DNA of 64,000 nucleotides from positions 800,001-864,000 of the forward strand of contig CAXXFL010000007.1 of assembly GCA_963674965.2 (NCBI GenBank), in the 5' to 3' direction. The notes under the pieces were generated by a model, which saw only the letters and a program-made list of their open reading frames with translations, made no database searches and was not told the origin of the DNA. Position 1 is the stretch's first letter; each line of letters starts with the position of its first letter. Below are positions 37,357 through 46,354 of the stretch, one piece after another. Origin of the DNA: a bacterium (GTDB taxonomy: Bacteria > RBG-13-61-14 > DATKZS01). Position numbers and translations under genes: made by a program.

Positions 37357-39162
37357 CTATGAAAACCTCTTGAATATCCCCATCCGGCTCGACTGGGCGA
37401 ACAGCACCGCCCGCTCCAGGAAAGTCGGAGAAATCCTGTATACCGTTGCTCCCAGCTTGCCCACCGGCGTCATGATGAGCCGGGCTTTTCTTTTGAGGAG
37501 CATGTTCACGATCTGGTCGGCGGCCTGGGCCTGGCCGTGGTGGGCCGGCCGGTCGGGAAGCACGAGCGAGCCGTCCGCCGCCAGAATCCTCTTTTCCGGG
37601 TCATGCTCGGTAAACCCGAGATAGACGATGCCCACGTGCATGCCCTTTGGCAGGAGCTCGAGGCGAAGGGACTCGGTGAGTCCGGTCAGGGCCTTCTTGG
37701 TGGCGCAGTAAACCGACGCCCCCGGCAGTCCGAATATCCCGGCTATACTGGAGATGAAAACCAGGTGTCCCTTTGCCTCGGCCAGGTGGGAGATGGCCGC
37801 CTTGGACACGTTGACGCACCCGTCGTAATTCGTGCGCCCCACCCTCTGGCAGACCTCGGGCGACAGCTCGATAAAGTGGCCGCGCATGGACACGCCCGCG
37901 TTGTTGATAACCACGTCCAGCCGTCCATAGTTCGATATGGCCGTCTCCACCATGGCGGCGGCGTCCTTGTAATCTCCCACGTCCCCGGTGACCGCGACCA
38001 CGTCCCGTCCCAGCCTTTTCAGCTTTTGCTTCGAGTCCTCAAGGCGTTCCCGACCCCGGGCCGTCATCACCACCCTGGCCCCCCGCAGGGAGAGGGCGCG
38101 GGCCGCGGCAAAGCCGACTCCCCTGCTGGCGCCCGTTACCAGGGCGACCTTGCCCTTGAAATAATCCGTCCCGGAAAACTCGAGGTGTCCATACTCCAGC
38201 AGGGACTTGACCGACTCCTCGATGGCCGTCTCCACCGGGGCGTGCGTCATGCCCAACTCCTTCATGGCCTTGCCCGAGTCGTAATAGGTCCCCATCGCGG
38301 CCAGTTTGGCCATTACGCGGTTGAGCACGGCCTTTTTGCCCGAGACCTTCTCGTAGGCCGAGGCCGCCTCCCCGGCCAGCCGGAGCGCGGGGGCCGGCAT
38401 GATCCGGCTGGGCGCGGCCGTTCCCACCACCTTGGCCACGCGGGTGAAGAAGTCCATGTAAGTCAGGTTGTGGCCGCCCAGGATATAGGTCTCGCCCTTC
38501 CTTCCTTTTTCCCACGCCGCGAAAGCCGCCTTGCTCACGTCCGGCGCGTAGGCGAAGTTCCTTCCCCCCGGCGAGGTCACGGTCAGGCCCTTAACGATGA
38601 ACTGCCTTATCAGCTCGCCTCCGCTGGGCCTCGAGTCGTAGGGCCCGAGCAGGAAAGTGGGCGTCACGATCACCGCGTCCAGGTCCTTTTCCCGAACGGC
38701 CTTCCTGACCAGCTCGGCCGCCTTGTGTTTGGACTCCATGTAGGCCACGCCCTTGTATCCCTCGGGAAACCCCGAGGTCTCGCCGGCCGGTTTCTCGATG
38801 GAGCCAGGCTCGAAGGAACTGGCCGAGCCCACGAAAACCAGCCGGCCCGCGCCGGCGGCCAGGCAGGAATCCACTACCCTCTCGGTGGCCTCCAGATTGA
38901 CCTTCCAGGTTATCTCGGGCGAGGCCCACATGTCGGTGATGGCGGCGCAGTGGAAGACACCGTCGCATCCGTTCATAAGGCCGGCCAGGTCCAGCCCGCC
39001 GTCCAGCAGGTTGCCCTCGAGGCGCTCCATGGGCAGGCCCTCCAGGGTGGGCGTTTTAATTCCCGGCAGGATCAGCGCCTTAACCTCGTGTCCCGCCCCT
39101 AAAACGTCGCGGACGAGGTTCGACCCGAGCAGGCCGTCCGCTCCCGTAATGAAAAATTTCAA
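37357..39162 (-). CDS. Two-domain fusion: extended SDR (epimerase/3-beta-HSD/HpnA-like) plus classical SDR
   Basis: N-half TGADGLLG, FHCAA, YMESK; C-half TGASRGVG, NNAG, SSIAG, YCATK; single frame, TTG start with GGAGG. Confidence 0.88.
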   Translation of the reverse strand: MKFFITGADGLLGSNLVRDVLGAGHEVKALILPGIKTPTLEGLPMERLEGNLLDGGLDLAGLMNGCDGVFHCAAITDMWASPEITWKVNLEATERVVDSCLAAGAGRLVFVGSASSFEPGSIEKPAGETSGFPEGYKGVAYMESKHKAAELVRKAVREKDLDAVIVTPTFLLGPYDSRPSGGELIRQFIVKGLTVTSPGGRNFAYAPDVSKAAFAAWEKGRKGETYILGGHNLTYMDFFTRVAKVVGTAAPSRIMPAPALRLAGEAASAYEKVSGKKAVLNRVMAKLAAMGTYYDSGKAMKELGMTHAPVETAIEESVKSLLEYGHLEFSGTDYFKGKVALVTGASRGVGFAAARALSLRGARVVMTARGRERLEDSKQKLKRLGRDVVAVTGDVGDYKDAAAMVETAISNYGRLDVVINNAGVSMRGHFIELSPEVCQRVGRTNYDGCVNVSKAAISHLAEAKGHLVFISSIAGIFGLPGASVYCATKKALTGLTESLRLELLPKGMHVGIVYLGFTEHDPEKRILAADGSLVLPDRPAHHGQAQAADQIVNMLLKRKARLIMTPVGKLGATVYRISPTFLERAVLFAQSSRMGIFKRFS

Positions 39163-39208
39163 TTGTCCTCCTTCTCTTCTTTTGGCCGACGCGATATTTC
39201 CGGACGTC

Positions 39209-40117
39209 TCATCCGTGGATTACGACGGGAAAACCGCGATCCATAAAAATCGACTCGATCCTTTTCAGGTCATCCTCCCCGAGCTTTCCCCTGTCCTCGA
39301 AGTCCCCCGACCTTCCAATCCGATCGTATTTTCCCCTGGCCCACGAGTGATAGGGCATCACGCGCGCGTCGCCCTTGTAGCCCGAGTCCGCCAGAAAGGC
39401 GGCCATGCCCTCGAGGTCCTCCGTCGAGTCGTTATAGCCGGGCACCACGGGAAAACGCGGCATGATCCCGCCGCTTCCTTTCAGGGCCAGGAGGGCCTTG
39501 AAGTTCTCGAGTATCAGAGAGTTTTCCACCCCCGTTCCTTCCTTGTGCCGGTCAGGATCGACGTGCTTCAAGTCGAACAGGACCACGTCCATGGCCTCGG
39601 CGATGGGCTTTGCCAACTCCTTTTTGAAGAACCCGCAGGTCTCGATGGCCAGGTGAACGCCCTTCTCACGGAGCGCCGCCGCCGAGGCCAGCATGAAGTC
39701 GGCCTGATAGGTCGGCTCGCCGCCGGTAAAGGTCACCCCCCCGCCGGAGCGCTTGAAAAACGGCTCGTCCAGCATGACTTGACTAACCAACTCCTCCACT
39801 TCCATCTCTTTGCCTATCTTCTCCAGGGCCCCGGTCGGACAGGCGCGGGCGCAAACGGCGCAGGACTCGCAAACGCTCCGGTCCCGCGCGAGTTTGCCAT
39901 CCACCATGCCGATGGCCGAGTTCGGGCAGACCTCGGCGCATTTGAGGCAGCCGGCGCATTTTTCCGCGTTATGCGACATCTCCGGCAATTCCCCCTGTCC
40001 CTCCGGGTTATGGCACCAGAAACACGAAAGAGGGCAACCCTTCAGGTAGACCGCCGTCCTTATTCCCGGCCCGTCGTAAATGGCGTACGACTGTATATCG
40101 AAGACGATGCCTTTCAT
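39209..40117 (-). CDS. Glycyl-radical enzyme activating enzyme (radical SAM, with 2x[4Fe-4S] insert)
   Basis: DGPGIRT, GCPLSCFWCHNPE, CAGCLKCAEVCP, CESCAVCARACP, GGGVTFTGGEP. Confidence 0.95.
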   Translation of the reverse strand: MKGIVFDIQSYAIYDGPGIRTAVYLKGCPLSCFWCHNPEGQGELPEMSHNAEKCAGCLKCAEVCPNSAIGMVDGKLARDRSVCESCAVCARACPTGALEKIGKEMEVEELVSQVMLDEPFFKRSGGGVTFTGGEPTYQADFMLASAAALREKGVHLAIETCGFFKKELAKPIAEAMDVVLFDLKHVDPDRHKEGTGVENSLILENFKALLALKGSGGIMPRFPVVPGYNDSTEDLEGMAAFLADSGYKGDARVMPYHSWARGKYDRIGRSGDFEDRGKLGEDDLKRIESIFMDRGFPVVIHG

Positions 40118-40162
40118 AAATCCGCCCTCCCTCCAGCGGGGAAGGCTTACCCCAAATGAGTC

Positions 40163-42775
40163 TTAATGCTCGGTCCTGGCGATTATCTCGTCCTGGACGT
40201 CCCTTCCCAGTTCCACGAAATAGGAACTGTAGCCGCCGATCTTGACTATCAGGTCCCGGTATTCGTCCGGGTTCTCCCGGGCTTTACGGAGGTCATCGGC
40301 CGAGACCACGGTCGGCTGTATCTGCGCCCCTCCCATCGAGAAATACGTCCTCATCAGGTCGGCCCACTTTTTTCTGGCCTCCTCGTTGAGGCCCACGCCG
40401 GTGGGATGGAATTTCACGTTCACCGCGCATCCCATCACGTCCTCATAGGGGAGGGCCGATATCGAGCGCAAAGCGGCGGTGACCCCGTTTTTCTCGACGT
40501 TGTAAGGATTGCAGCTCGCGGCGTAGGGCGTGGCCGCCCTCCTGCCGTCGGGAGAGGCTATGGAAAGCCTTCCGTCCACCGTGTGGGTTATCATGCTGAT
40601 GATATAAATGACGACGGGCCCGCCGGCGAAGGACCGGTAATCGTAGCTCATGTCGAAGATGCGTTTCATCACGTCGTGAGCCATGGCGTCGGTTTCCGGG
40701 TCTCCGTTCCCCCATTTCCCGGGAAGTTGCTTGATTTTAGCCAGCAGGTCCTCATGGCCCTTGTAGTTAATATCCATGGCCTCCATCAGTTCGCCTATGG
40801 TGACGTCCTTGTTCTCGTAGACAAGCTTCTTGATCACGTAGAGGGAGTCGATCATGTTGGCGATCGAGTTGATGGTGGACACGCCGGCGAACACGTATTT
40901 GCCGCCCCCATTGGTGATATCGCGGCGCTTTTCCAGGCAGTCCTGGACAAAGGCTGAGAGCATGGGGGCGGGTAGGCTCTCGGCGAAAATCCGGTCCCTG
41001 ATGTTTGACCCCTCCACTATCTTGTCCATGAAGAACCTGGCCTGCTTGTAGAGGGCCTCGAGGAGTTCGTCGAAGTCCTTAAAGGATTTCGGGTCTCCCG
41101 TGGCTGGACCGTCTCCCTTGATGGTCCCCGCCAGTATGCGGGAGTCCCCGTTCCGGAGGGTTATATCCAGGAGCCTCGATAACTGAAGCGCGTTGGCGCT
41201 CATGGGCCCGGTCTTGCCCGGGCAGGTGGTCTCGACGCAACCCATCACCGCGTAGTCCCTGGCGTCCTCCAGGCTGAAGCCCCGGTTGACCATGGACTGG
41301 ATATTCATCTCATCCGAGAACAGGGAAAAGGTGCTCGTGCCCTTGGCCGCGTACTCGGCCGTCTGGAAAAGGACCCGGTCGGGCGTCTTCTCGTGCACCC
41401 TGACCGACACGTTGGTAATGGCCTTGGACAAGTGGGCCGCCTCGAGGAATACATAGGTCAGCTCGTTGGAGGCGTCCTCCCCCTCGGGCGTGATCCCGGC
41501 CAGGGTGATGGGCGTGGAACCCAGGAAACGGTGATAGAAGTTGCTTAAGATGTTCGACTCGGGACGGATGTTCTGGGACATGACCTTGAGCAGAAGCTCG
41601 GCCAGAAGCTCGACCGCCCATTCCCTGGTGACTCGTCCCTCGCCGAGGTCCTTTTCATAAAAGGGGTACAGTACCTGGTCCATACGGCCGAAGCAATGCA
41701 GGTAAACGGGATGGGCCGTCTCGATGGCCGTCTTCAGCGTCCAGCAGGACTGCACGGCCTCCTCGAAGGTATCCGCCGCCTGGAGGGGGACCTTGCGGCA
41801 TATCTCGAGCATGCGCCTGAGACGGGCCTTGTCATCGTCGTCCCTCGCGGCCTCGAGGTCCCTCTCGAGGCGGCCGGCCAGGCGGCGGGCGTAGATCATC
41901 ACGCCCTCCACGGCTATATCGATGGACTTGAGGAATTCTTTTTCCTCATCCGCCAGACCCTCGCCCTGGCCCAGGAGTCCCTCTATCTCGCGCTTGATGG
42001 ACTCGAGGCCCCGGCCCAGGACGGGGCCGTAATCCAGGATGATATGGGCGTGGTAGCTGGCGATGGTGGCGCAGGTGGAGAGCATGATGACCTGGCGCGA
42101 GGTATTGCCGGGTATGGCCATGACGAAGTCCCGCATCTGCTCGGAGAGAAGGCCCGACTCGAGCAGTTCCTTTTCAATGAGGTCCACCGTGGTCTTGCCC
42201 TTCCAATAGGGAAGGAGCCTCGAGAGCATCTCCTTTTTATCCTTCTCCTTGATCTGGTAGGGGTTGATGGACCGCTCCGACATGGTCTTGAAATCCATGT
42301 TGAGGGGAGCCGTCCCGCTTTCGCGCGTCATTTTCTGGTTGCGGATGAATTCACCCAGCATCCTTTTTCTGGTCATGTATCCTATGCCCTTGGCCATGGT
42401 CTTGGCCCTGAACTTGACCATGCTTATCTTGTCCAACTCCGACTCGAGCACGGAGTTGAAAACGCCCCTCTCGATATCGATGGGAACGCCGAGGAAATAC
42501 TCGCACCAGTAGCCGGCTATACGGTCGTCGGGGTCAACGTAATGGGTCATCTTCTCGTAGACGTTCTTCATGGCCATGGCCACGCGGACGGGCGTGGAAA
42601 TGCCTTTGCCCTCGGTCGCCTTCCAACTCTCGGTGTAGTACCTGGCCCGCTCGACCGAAATGTAAGCGGGACCGGTCTGGTATTTTCTTCTCATGCGCCT
42701 TATGCGCTCGGCGCCGTCATTTTGCTTTTGCCCGGAGGAGATATCGTCCATTTTCATTACCGGCTGGCTGGCCAT
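40163..42775 (-). CDS. Glycyl radical enzyme (PFL superfamily) of unknown substrate
   Basis: ERARYYTES, GRMDQ.LYPFY, VMGCVE (thiyl Cys), KWGN, ASPDGR, C-terminal PDEYRDLIVKIGGYSSYF..QDEIIART. Confidence 0.93.
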   Translation of the reverse strand: MASQPVMKMDDISSGQKQNDGAERIRRMRRKYQTGPAYISVERARYYTESWKATEGKGISTPVRVAMAMKNVYEKMTHYVDPDDRIAGYWCEYFLGVPIDIERGVFNSVLESELDKISMVKFRAKTMAKGIGYMTRKRMLGEFIRNQKMTRESGTAPLNMDFKTMSERSINPYQIKEKDKKEMLSRLLPYWKGKTTVDLIEKELLESGLLSEQMRDFVMAIPGNTSRQVIMLSTCATIASYHAHIILDYGPVLGRGLESIKREIEGLLGQGEGLADEEKEFLKSIDIAVEGVMIYARRLAGRLERDLEAARDDDDKARLRRMLEICRKVPLQAADTFEEAVQSCWTLKTAIETAHPVYLHCFGRMDQVLYPFYEKDLGEGRVTREWAVELLAELLLKVMSQNIRPESNILSNFYHRFLGSTPITLAGITPEGEDASNELTYVFLEAAHLSKAITNVSVRVHEKTPDRVLFQTAEYAAKGTSTFSLFSDEMNIQSMVNRGFSLEDARDYAVMGCVETTCPGKTGPMSANALQLSRLLDITLRNGDSRILAGTIKGDGPATGDPKSFKDFDELLEALYKQARFFMDKIVEGSNIRDRIFAESLPAPMLSAFVQDCLEKRRDITNGGGKYVFAGVSTINSIANMIDSLYVIKKLVYENKDVTIGELMEAMDINYKGHEDLLAKIKQLPGKWGNGDPETDAMAHDVMKRIFDMSYDYRSFAGGPVVIYIISMITHTVDGRLSIASPDGRRAATPYAASCNPYNVEKNGVTAALRSISALPYEDVMGCAVNVKFHPTGVGLNEEARKKWADLMRTYFSMGGAQIQPTVVSADDLRKARENPDEYRDLIVKIGGYSSYFVELGRDVQDEIIARTEH

Positions 42776-42801
42776 GTTCCTACCCCCTTGAAAGAAATTT
42801 A

Positions 42802-43410
42802 TTAAACCGATCGTCCCTTTTCTATCGCCTCGATGGTCAAGTCCAACATTTTAAGGACATGGGCTTTTCTTCTTTTCAGCTCGTCCGACGAGAGCGGGTC
42901 GCGGTCGAGGAGTATCTCGAGCACGCCGCTATAGGTGAACCAGGCCGTGATTATCCCGTAGAAGCTCACGAACACGTGCTCCGCCGCCAGGTCCCCTTCC
43001 TTGGTCGCGGGAAGGGCCGCCTGAATTATTTCCATGCCCATCCTGAACATGGGGTTGAGGTTCCGGGCGATACGGCCCACGTTTTTGCCGCCCGAGCTTT
43101 CCCTTTGCACGATGCGGGAGAAATTTCTGTTTTGCGAGAGGAAATCGACGTAGGTATCGACCATGATGGCGAGCTTTTCTCTCAAGGTGGCCTCGGTTTG
43201 AAGGGCTTTCACCAGGGTCTCGCCAAGCCTTTCGTAGTAGCCGTCCAGCACGGACTCGAAAAGACCCTGCTTGGTTTTAAAGTGGTAATGGATGAGGGCC
43301 TTGTTAACGCCAGAGGCTTCGGCGATTTCCCTGGTGGTAGCGGCGTCGAAGCCGATATCTCCGAAGATTTTATCTGCCGCCCGCAGGATATCTTGTTTGG
43401 CGTTGATCAA
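42802..43410 (-). CDS. TetR/AcrR family regulator, first gene of the GRE operon
   Basis: ILRAA...F...GFDAATTREIAEASGVNKALIHYHF; GGAGG before TTG. Confidence 0.93.
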   Translation of the reverse strand: MINAKQDILRAADKIFGDIGFDAATTREIAEASGVNKALIHYHFKTKQGLFESVLDGYYERLGETLVKALQTEATLREKLAIMVDTYVDFLSQNRNFSRIVQRESSGGKNVGRIARNLNPMFRMGMEIIQAALPATKEGDLAAEHVFVSFYGIITAWFTYSGVLEILLDRDPLSSDELKRRKAHVLKMLDLTIEAIEKGRSV

Positions 43411-43422
43411 TGGCGCCTCCGA

Positions 43423-43485
43423 ATTTAACTAACCGCCCAGTTAAATATTTAGACTTACGTTAGCACGCCATATGGAACATGTCAA
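43423..43485 (-). promoter_or_regulatory. Sigma70 promoter and TetR-type operator of the GRE operon
   Basis: Minus strand TTGACA (43485-43480), 17 nt, TAACGT (43462-43457) with TGn; perfect IR ATTTAACT-N8-AGTTAAAT at 43423-43446 just downstream. Confidence 0.75.
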
Positions 43486-43567
43486 TATAAAATTAGAGTG
43501 AAGTTCCCCCAGTTTTTCAAAACTCGGGATGTACGGCTCGTGGCGGTCTGTAAACAAATCGAAGGCC

Positions 43568-43785
43568 AAGCCCGAAGGGCTTTAACATGAGTAACCGTAG
43601 GCGCCAGCCTACGGGAGGCGTGGCCGGAAATTTCTTCCCCGCCCCTGAAAGGGGCGAACCTTGCCGGGCGTAGGCAGTACACTTCGCCGAGGGTCCGGCC
43701 CGTTCAGGGCCGAAGGAAATTTTACACGCCATCTTTTCCGTAGGCTGGCGCCTACGGCTATTCGAATTTCCCCCTTTCAGGGGGA
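43568..43785. repeat. REP-like mirrored hairpin array
   Basis: CCGTAGGCGCCAGCCTACGG (43595-43614) and its exact reverse complement (43738-43757), each flanked by CCC-(t)gaa(a)-GGG-type hairpins (43568, 43641, 43696, 43769). Confidence 0.75.
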
Positions 43786-43939
43786 GGAGGCCACGTCCGT
43801 TTCAGCGGCGTCCCAGACCATCCGCGCGAGGAGGCGAGGATTGATTTTCACTTCTCGCGGCGGACAACTTGCCGGCTGAAAATGGGAACCAAGAGTGAAA
43901 CGGTCAAAATTGGGGAAGTTCCGAAATTCAGAGAAAAAA

Positions 43940-45145
43940 TCAGGCCCAGTTATCCAGTATCTCGTCGATCCGGGCCACGTTGGCTTCCTCAATGGATATC
44001 CTGGAAGAGACGGCCTGGCCGATGCCCAACTCGGCGGCGTAATAGATTTGCGGCTGGGACCACACGCTCTTATCGACGTAGGGACGGTCCACCTTATCGT
44101 CCGAAGCGTACAGCTTAAGCGCCGATAAAGCCACCGAGTCAGTGGCCACCCGGTCCTTCCCCGCCAGGATCAGCCTCGGCTTGGCCCATACGACGCCGTC
44201 CCGCTTGGGGAAAAGTCCCATGCCGCTGGCGAGAGCGCCCGCGTCGGGACCGCACCGGGTAATAATAGTGGTGGCGTCCACAACGTTGATAAGCGGCCTG
44301 GAACATAGGTTCAATTCCGCGATCTTTTCGCCGATGTTATTCTGATGCATCGCGTTTTTTCCCTCTTGTAGCCTGTCGATGGGCATGCAGATTCCCACGA
44401 AGGCCTTGAGGCAGCAGGTGTATTCGGCGGCTGTAACGTCGTGGTTCTTGAGCATGGGCGCGTTAATCCAGTGATCCACCTCGCTTAGTATGCCGGGCAT
44501 ATGGAAACCTTCGCTCCAATGGCGCTGGCCCGGCTTGAAAAGCTCGTACTTGGATCTGGTAAAGGGGAAGGCTATTGCCCCCTCCTCTTGACAAATCTTG
44601 GCAAAGCCGCACTTTACAAAGGCTTTTTCAGTTTGATAGGCCGAGCGGTCCCCCACCAGCGCCGTTGCTCCGCGCTCTTTTACCATCCTGACTATCGCTC
44701 GAACCACGTCGGGTTTGGTCGTGATCCTGCCGATATCGAGCCCGCCGTCCGACGGCCCGCACATGTTGGGCTTGATCAAAACGCGCTGGCCCGGCTTTAT
44801 CTCGTCTATTCCCCCGGCCGCCTCGACCGACTCCCGGACCGCTCTCTCAATGTCCTTATAGTCAAGGTATTCGCCCGAGACTCGTTTCACCTGGGAGAGC
44901 CCGACCTTGGCGGGGGGCATTTCAGGATAAACGCCGGTTGGCGGTAGAGGATCTGGACCGACCAGGGTGGTTGTTCCATCCGGACCGTATACGGCTTTGA
45001 CCCGATTATAGAAGTTGACCGGCTCGATACCCTTTTGCTTGGGTAAAAAACATCCCGCCGAGGCCAGCCCGAATATTCCGGCCGACGAGGCGGCCCGGAA
45101 AAAGGAGCGCCTGGTAAAATCCGCGTTGCGGAGAATATGCCTCAT
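43940..45145 (-). CDS. DUF362-domain protein with Tat signal, probable lipoprotein
   Basis: TRRSFF..LASAG-C; VLIKPN, TTKPDVV, INAPMLKNH, D.VA.D. Confidence 0.8.
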   Translation of the reverse strand: MRHILRNADFTRRSFFRAASSAGIFGLASAGCFLPKQKGIEPVNFYNRVKAVYGPDGTTTLVGPDPLPPTGVYPEMPPAKVGLSQVKRVSGEYLDYKDIERAVRESVEAAGGIDEIKPGQRVLIKPNMCGPSDGGLDIGRITTKPDVVRAIVRMVKERGATALVGDRSAYQTEKAFVKCGFAKICQEEGAIAFPFTRSKYELFKPGQRHWSEGFHMPGILSEVDHWINAPMLKNHDVTAAEYTCCLKAFVGICMPIDRLQEGKNAMHQNNIGEKIAELNLCSRPLINVVDATTIITRCGPDAGALASGMGLFPKRDGVVWAKPRLILAGKDRVATDSVALSALKLYASDDKVDRPYVDKSVWSQPQIYYAAELGIGQAVSSRISIEEANVARIDEILDNWA

Positions 45146-45514
45146 GAATTTTTCCTTTCCTTCCAGCTCTCACGTGATCGGATATTGTAAAATACTACTT
45201 AAATCGCCCCGTTATTCTACTATACCTTAAACCAATTGAAATGTCACGTTTTTCCTTGGCCGATCCGGCGCGCTCCGCTTTTTTTAACGCGACACAATCC
45301 ATGGAACCATTCAATATTATTAATTTGTTTTTTTCTTTTAACATAACTTCGCGTTTTCTCGCAAAAAGCCTCTGATTTGGAAAATCTGGCGGGAATACAA
45401 TGGACGATAATAAGAATCAATACTCCTGCCTCTTGCAAAGCCCATAAAGATGATTACCTTAAGAGTTAAGTAAAAGAATTCACGGCGGCTTTATTAACAA
45501 GAATGGAGGATTAA

Positions 45515-45796
45515 ATGGAACTCGAGGGAAACATAAAAGAGATTATCGAAAAAGAAGCAAAGGAAATATCCGAGACCTCGGAGTACGACTACGATGACGC
45601 TCTGAGCGCCATGACGAGATCGTACCAGTACGCCCTGGACGTTGGGGAGACCGGTGAGGCGGCTTTCGACAAGGCCCAGGAAATCGTGGGCGAGGCTTTG
45701 ATGGGCGCGAGCAGGATGGGTTTCGAGCTTAGGGGGGCAGTGGATCATCTTCTTTTCTCCATGCACCATCGGACCCCGTCAAGAGGGGCGTTTTAA
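45515..45796 (+). CDS. Small acidic hypothetical protein (93 aa)
   Basis: GGAGGA RBS, fills an otherwise empty intergenic gap; no recognised motif. Confidence 0.65.
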   Translation: MELEGNIKEIIEKEAKEISETSEYDYDDALSAMTRSYQYALDVGETGEAAFDKAQEIVGEALMGASRMGFELRGAVDHLLFSMHHRTPSRGAF

Positions 45797-45988
45797 GAGC
45801 GATCACTTGGCTTAAGGCGCGGCGGCCCATTTTGCATCATGATAACTCAAAAAAGGCCGCCGCGCCTTAACTTATATGCCTGGACTATTTTTTATGGAAA
45901 AGTATTTGAAACCGGGGAGTAATTGGTGTATATTAGATAAATGCCTTACGGGGCGTTTTTTATTTTTCAAATCCCAGGGGGTTTTACC

Positions 45989-46240
45989 GTGAAGGAAGGA
46001 ATCCATCCCAAATACGACAAGGCGCGTTTCGAGTGCGTGTGCGGAAACGTGATCGAGACCAGGTCCACCCGCTCGGGGACCATCAAGGTTGATATCTGCT
46101 CTGCTTGCCATCCGTTTTTTACGGGCAAGGCCAAGCTGCTTGACACGGCCGGCCGGGTCGAGCGCTTTTACCGGAAATACAAAGACCACTACGACAAGCT
46201 GGAGCAGGACAAGAAACAAGAGCAGCCCAAGGAATCTTAG
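45989..46240 (+). CDS. rpmE: 50S ribosomal protein L31 (Zn-binding type A)
   Basis: GTG start; [32 protein letters not shown]. Confidence 0.96.
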   Translation: MKEGIHPKYDKARFECVCGNVIETRSTRSGTIKVDICSACHPFFTGKAKLLDTAGRVERFYRKYKDHYDKLEQDKKQEQPKES

Positions 46241-46257
46241 ACTGGAAGAACTTCTCG

Positions 46258-46295
46258 CCACGGGTCCGGTCCGGCCGGGTCCGTGGTTTTCTTTT
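46258..46295 (+). terminator. Intrinsic terminator after rpmE
   Basis: ccacgggtccggt-ccg-gccgggtccgtgg followed by ttttctttt. Confidence 0.7.
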
Positions 46296-46354
46296 GTTCG
46301 ATCGGCATGGGAATCTGCAAATTGACATTTTCAACTTGGCGGGAGAGGCGTTAA

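Noticed and set aside
40163-42775. Calling the GRE pflB, cutC or hypD
   Set aside because: No Cys-Cys pair, substrate loops and neighbours do not match those enzymes; symbol withheld
43568-43785. CRISPR array or tRNA
   Set aside because: Repeats are inverted, only two copies, no regular spacers, no cas genes and no cloverleaf
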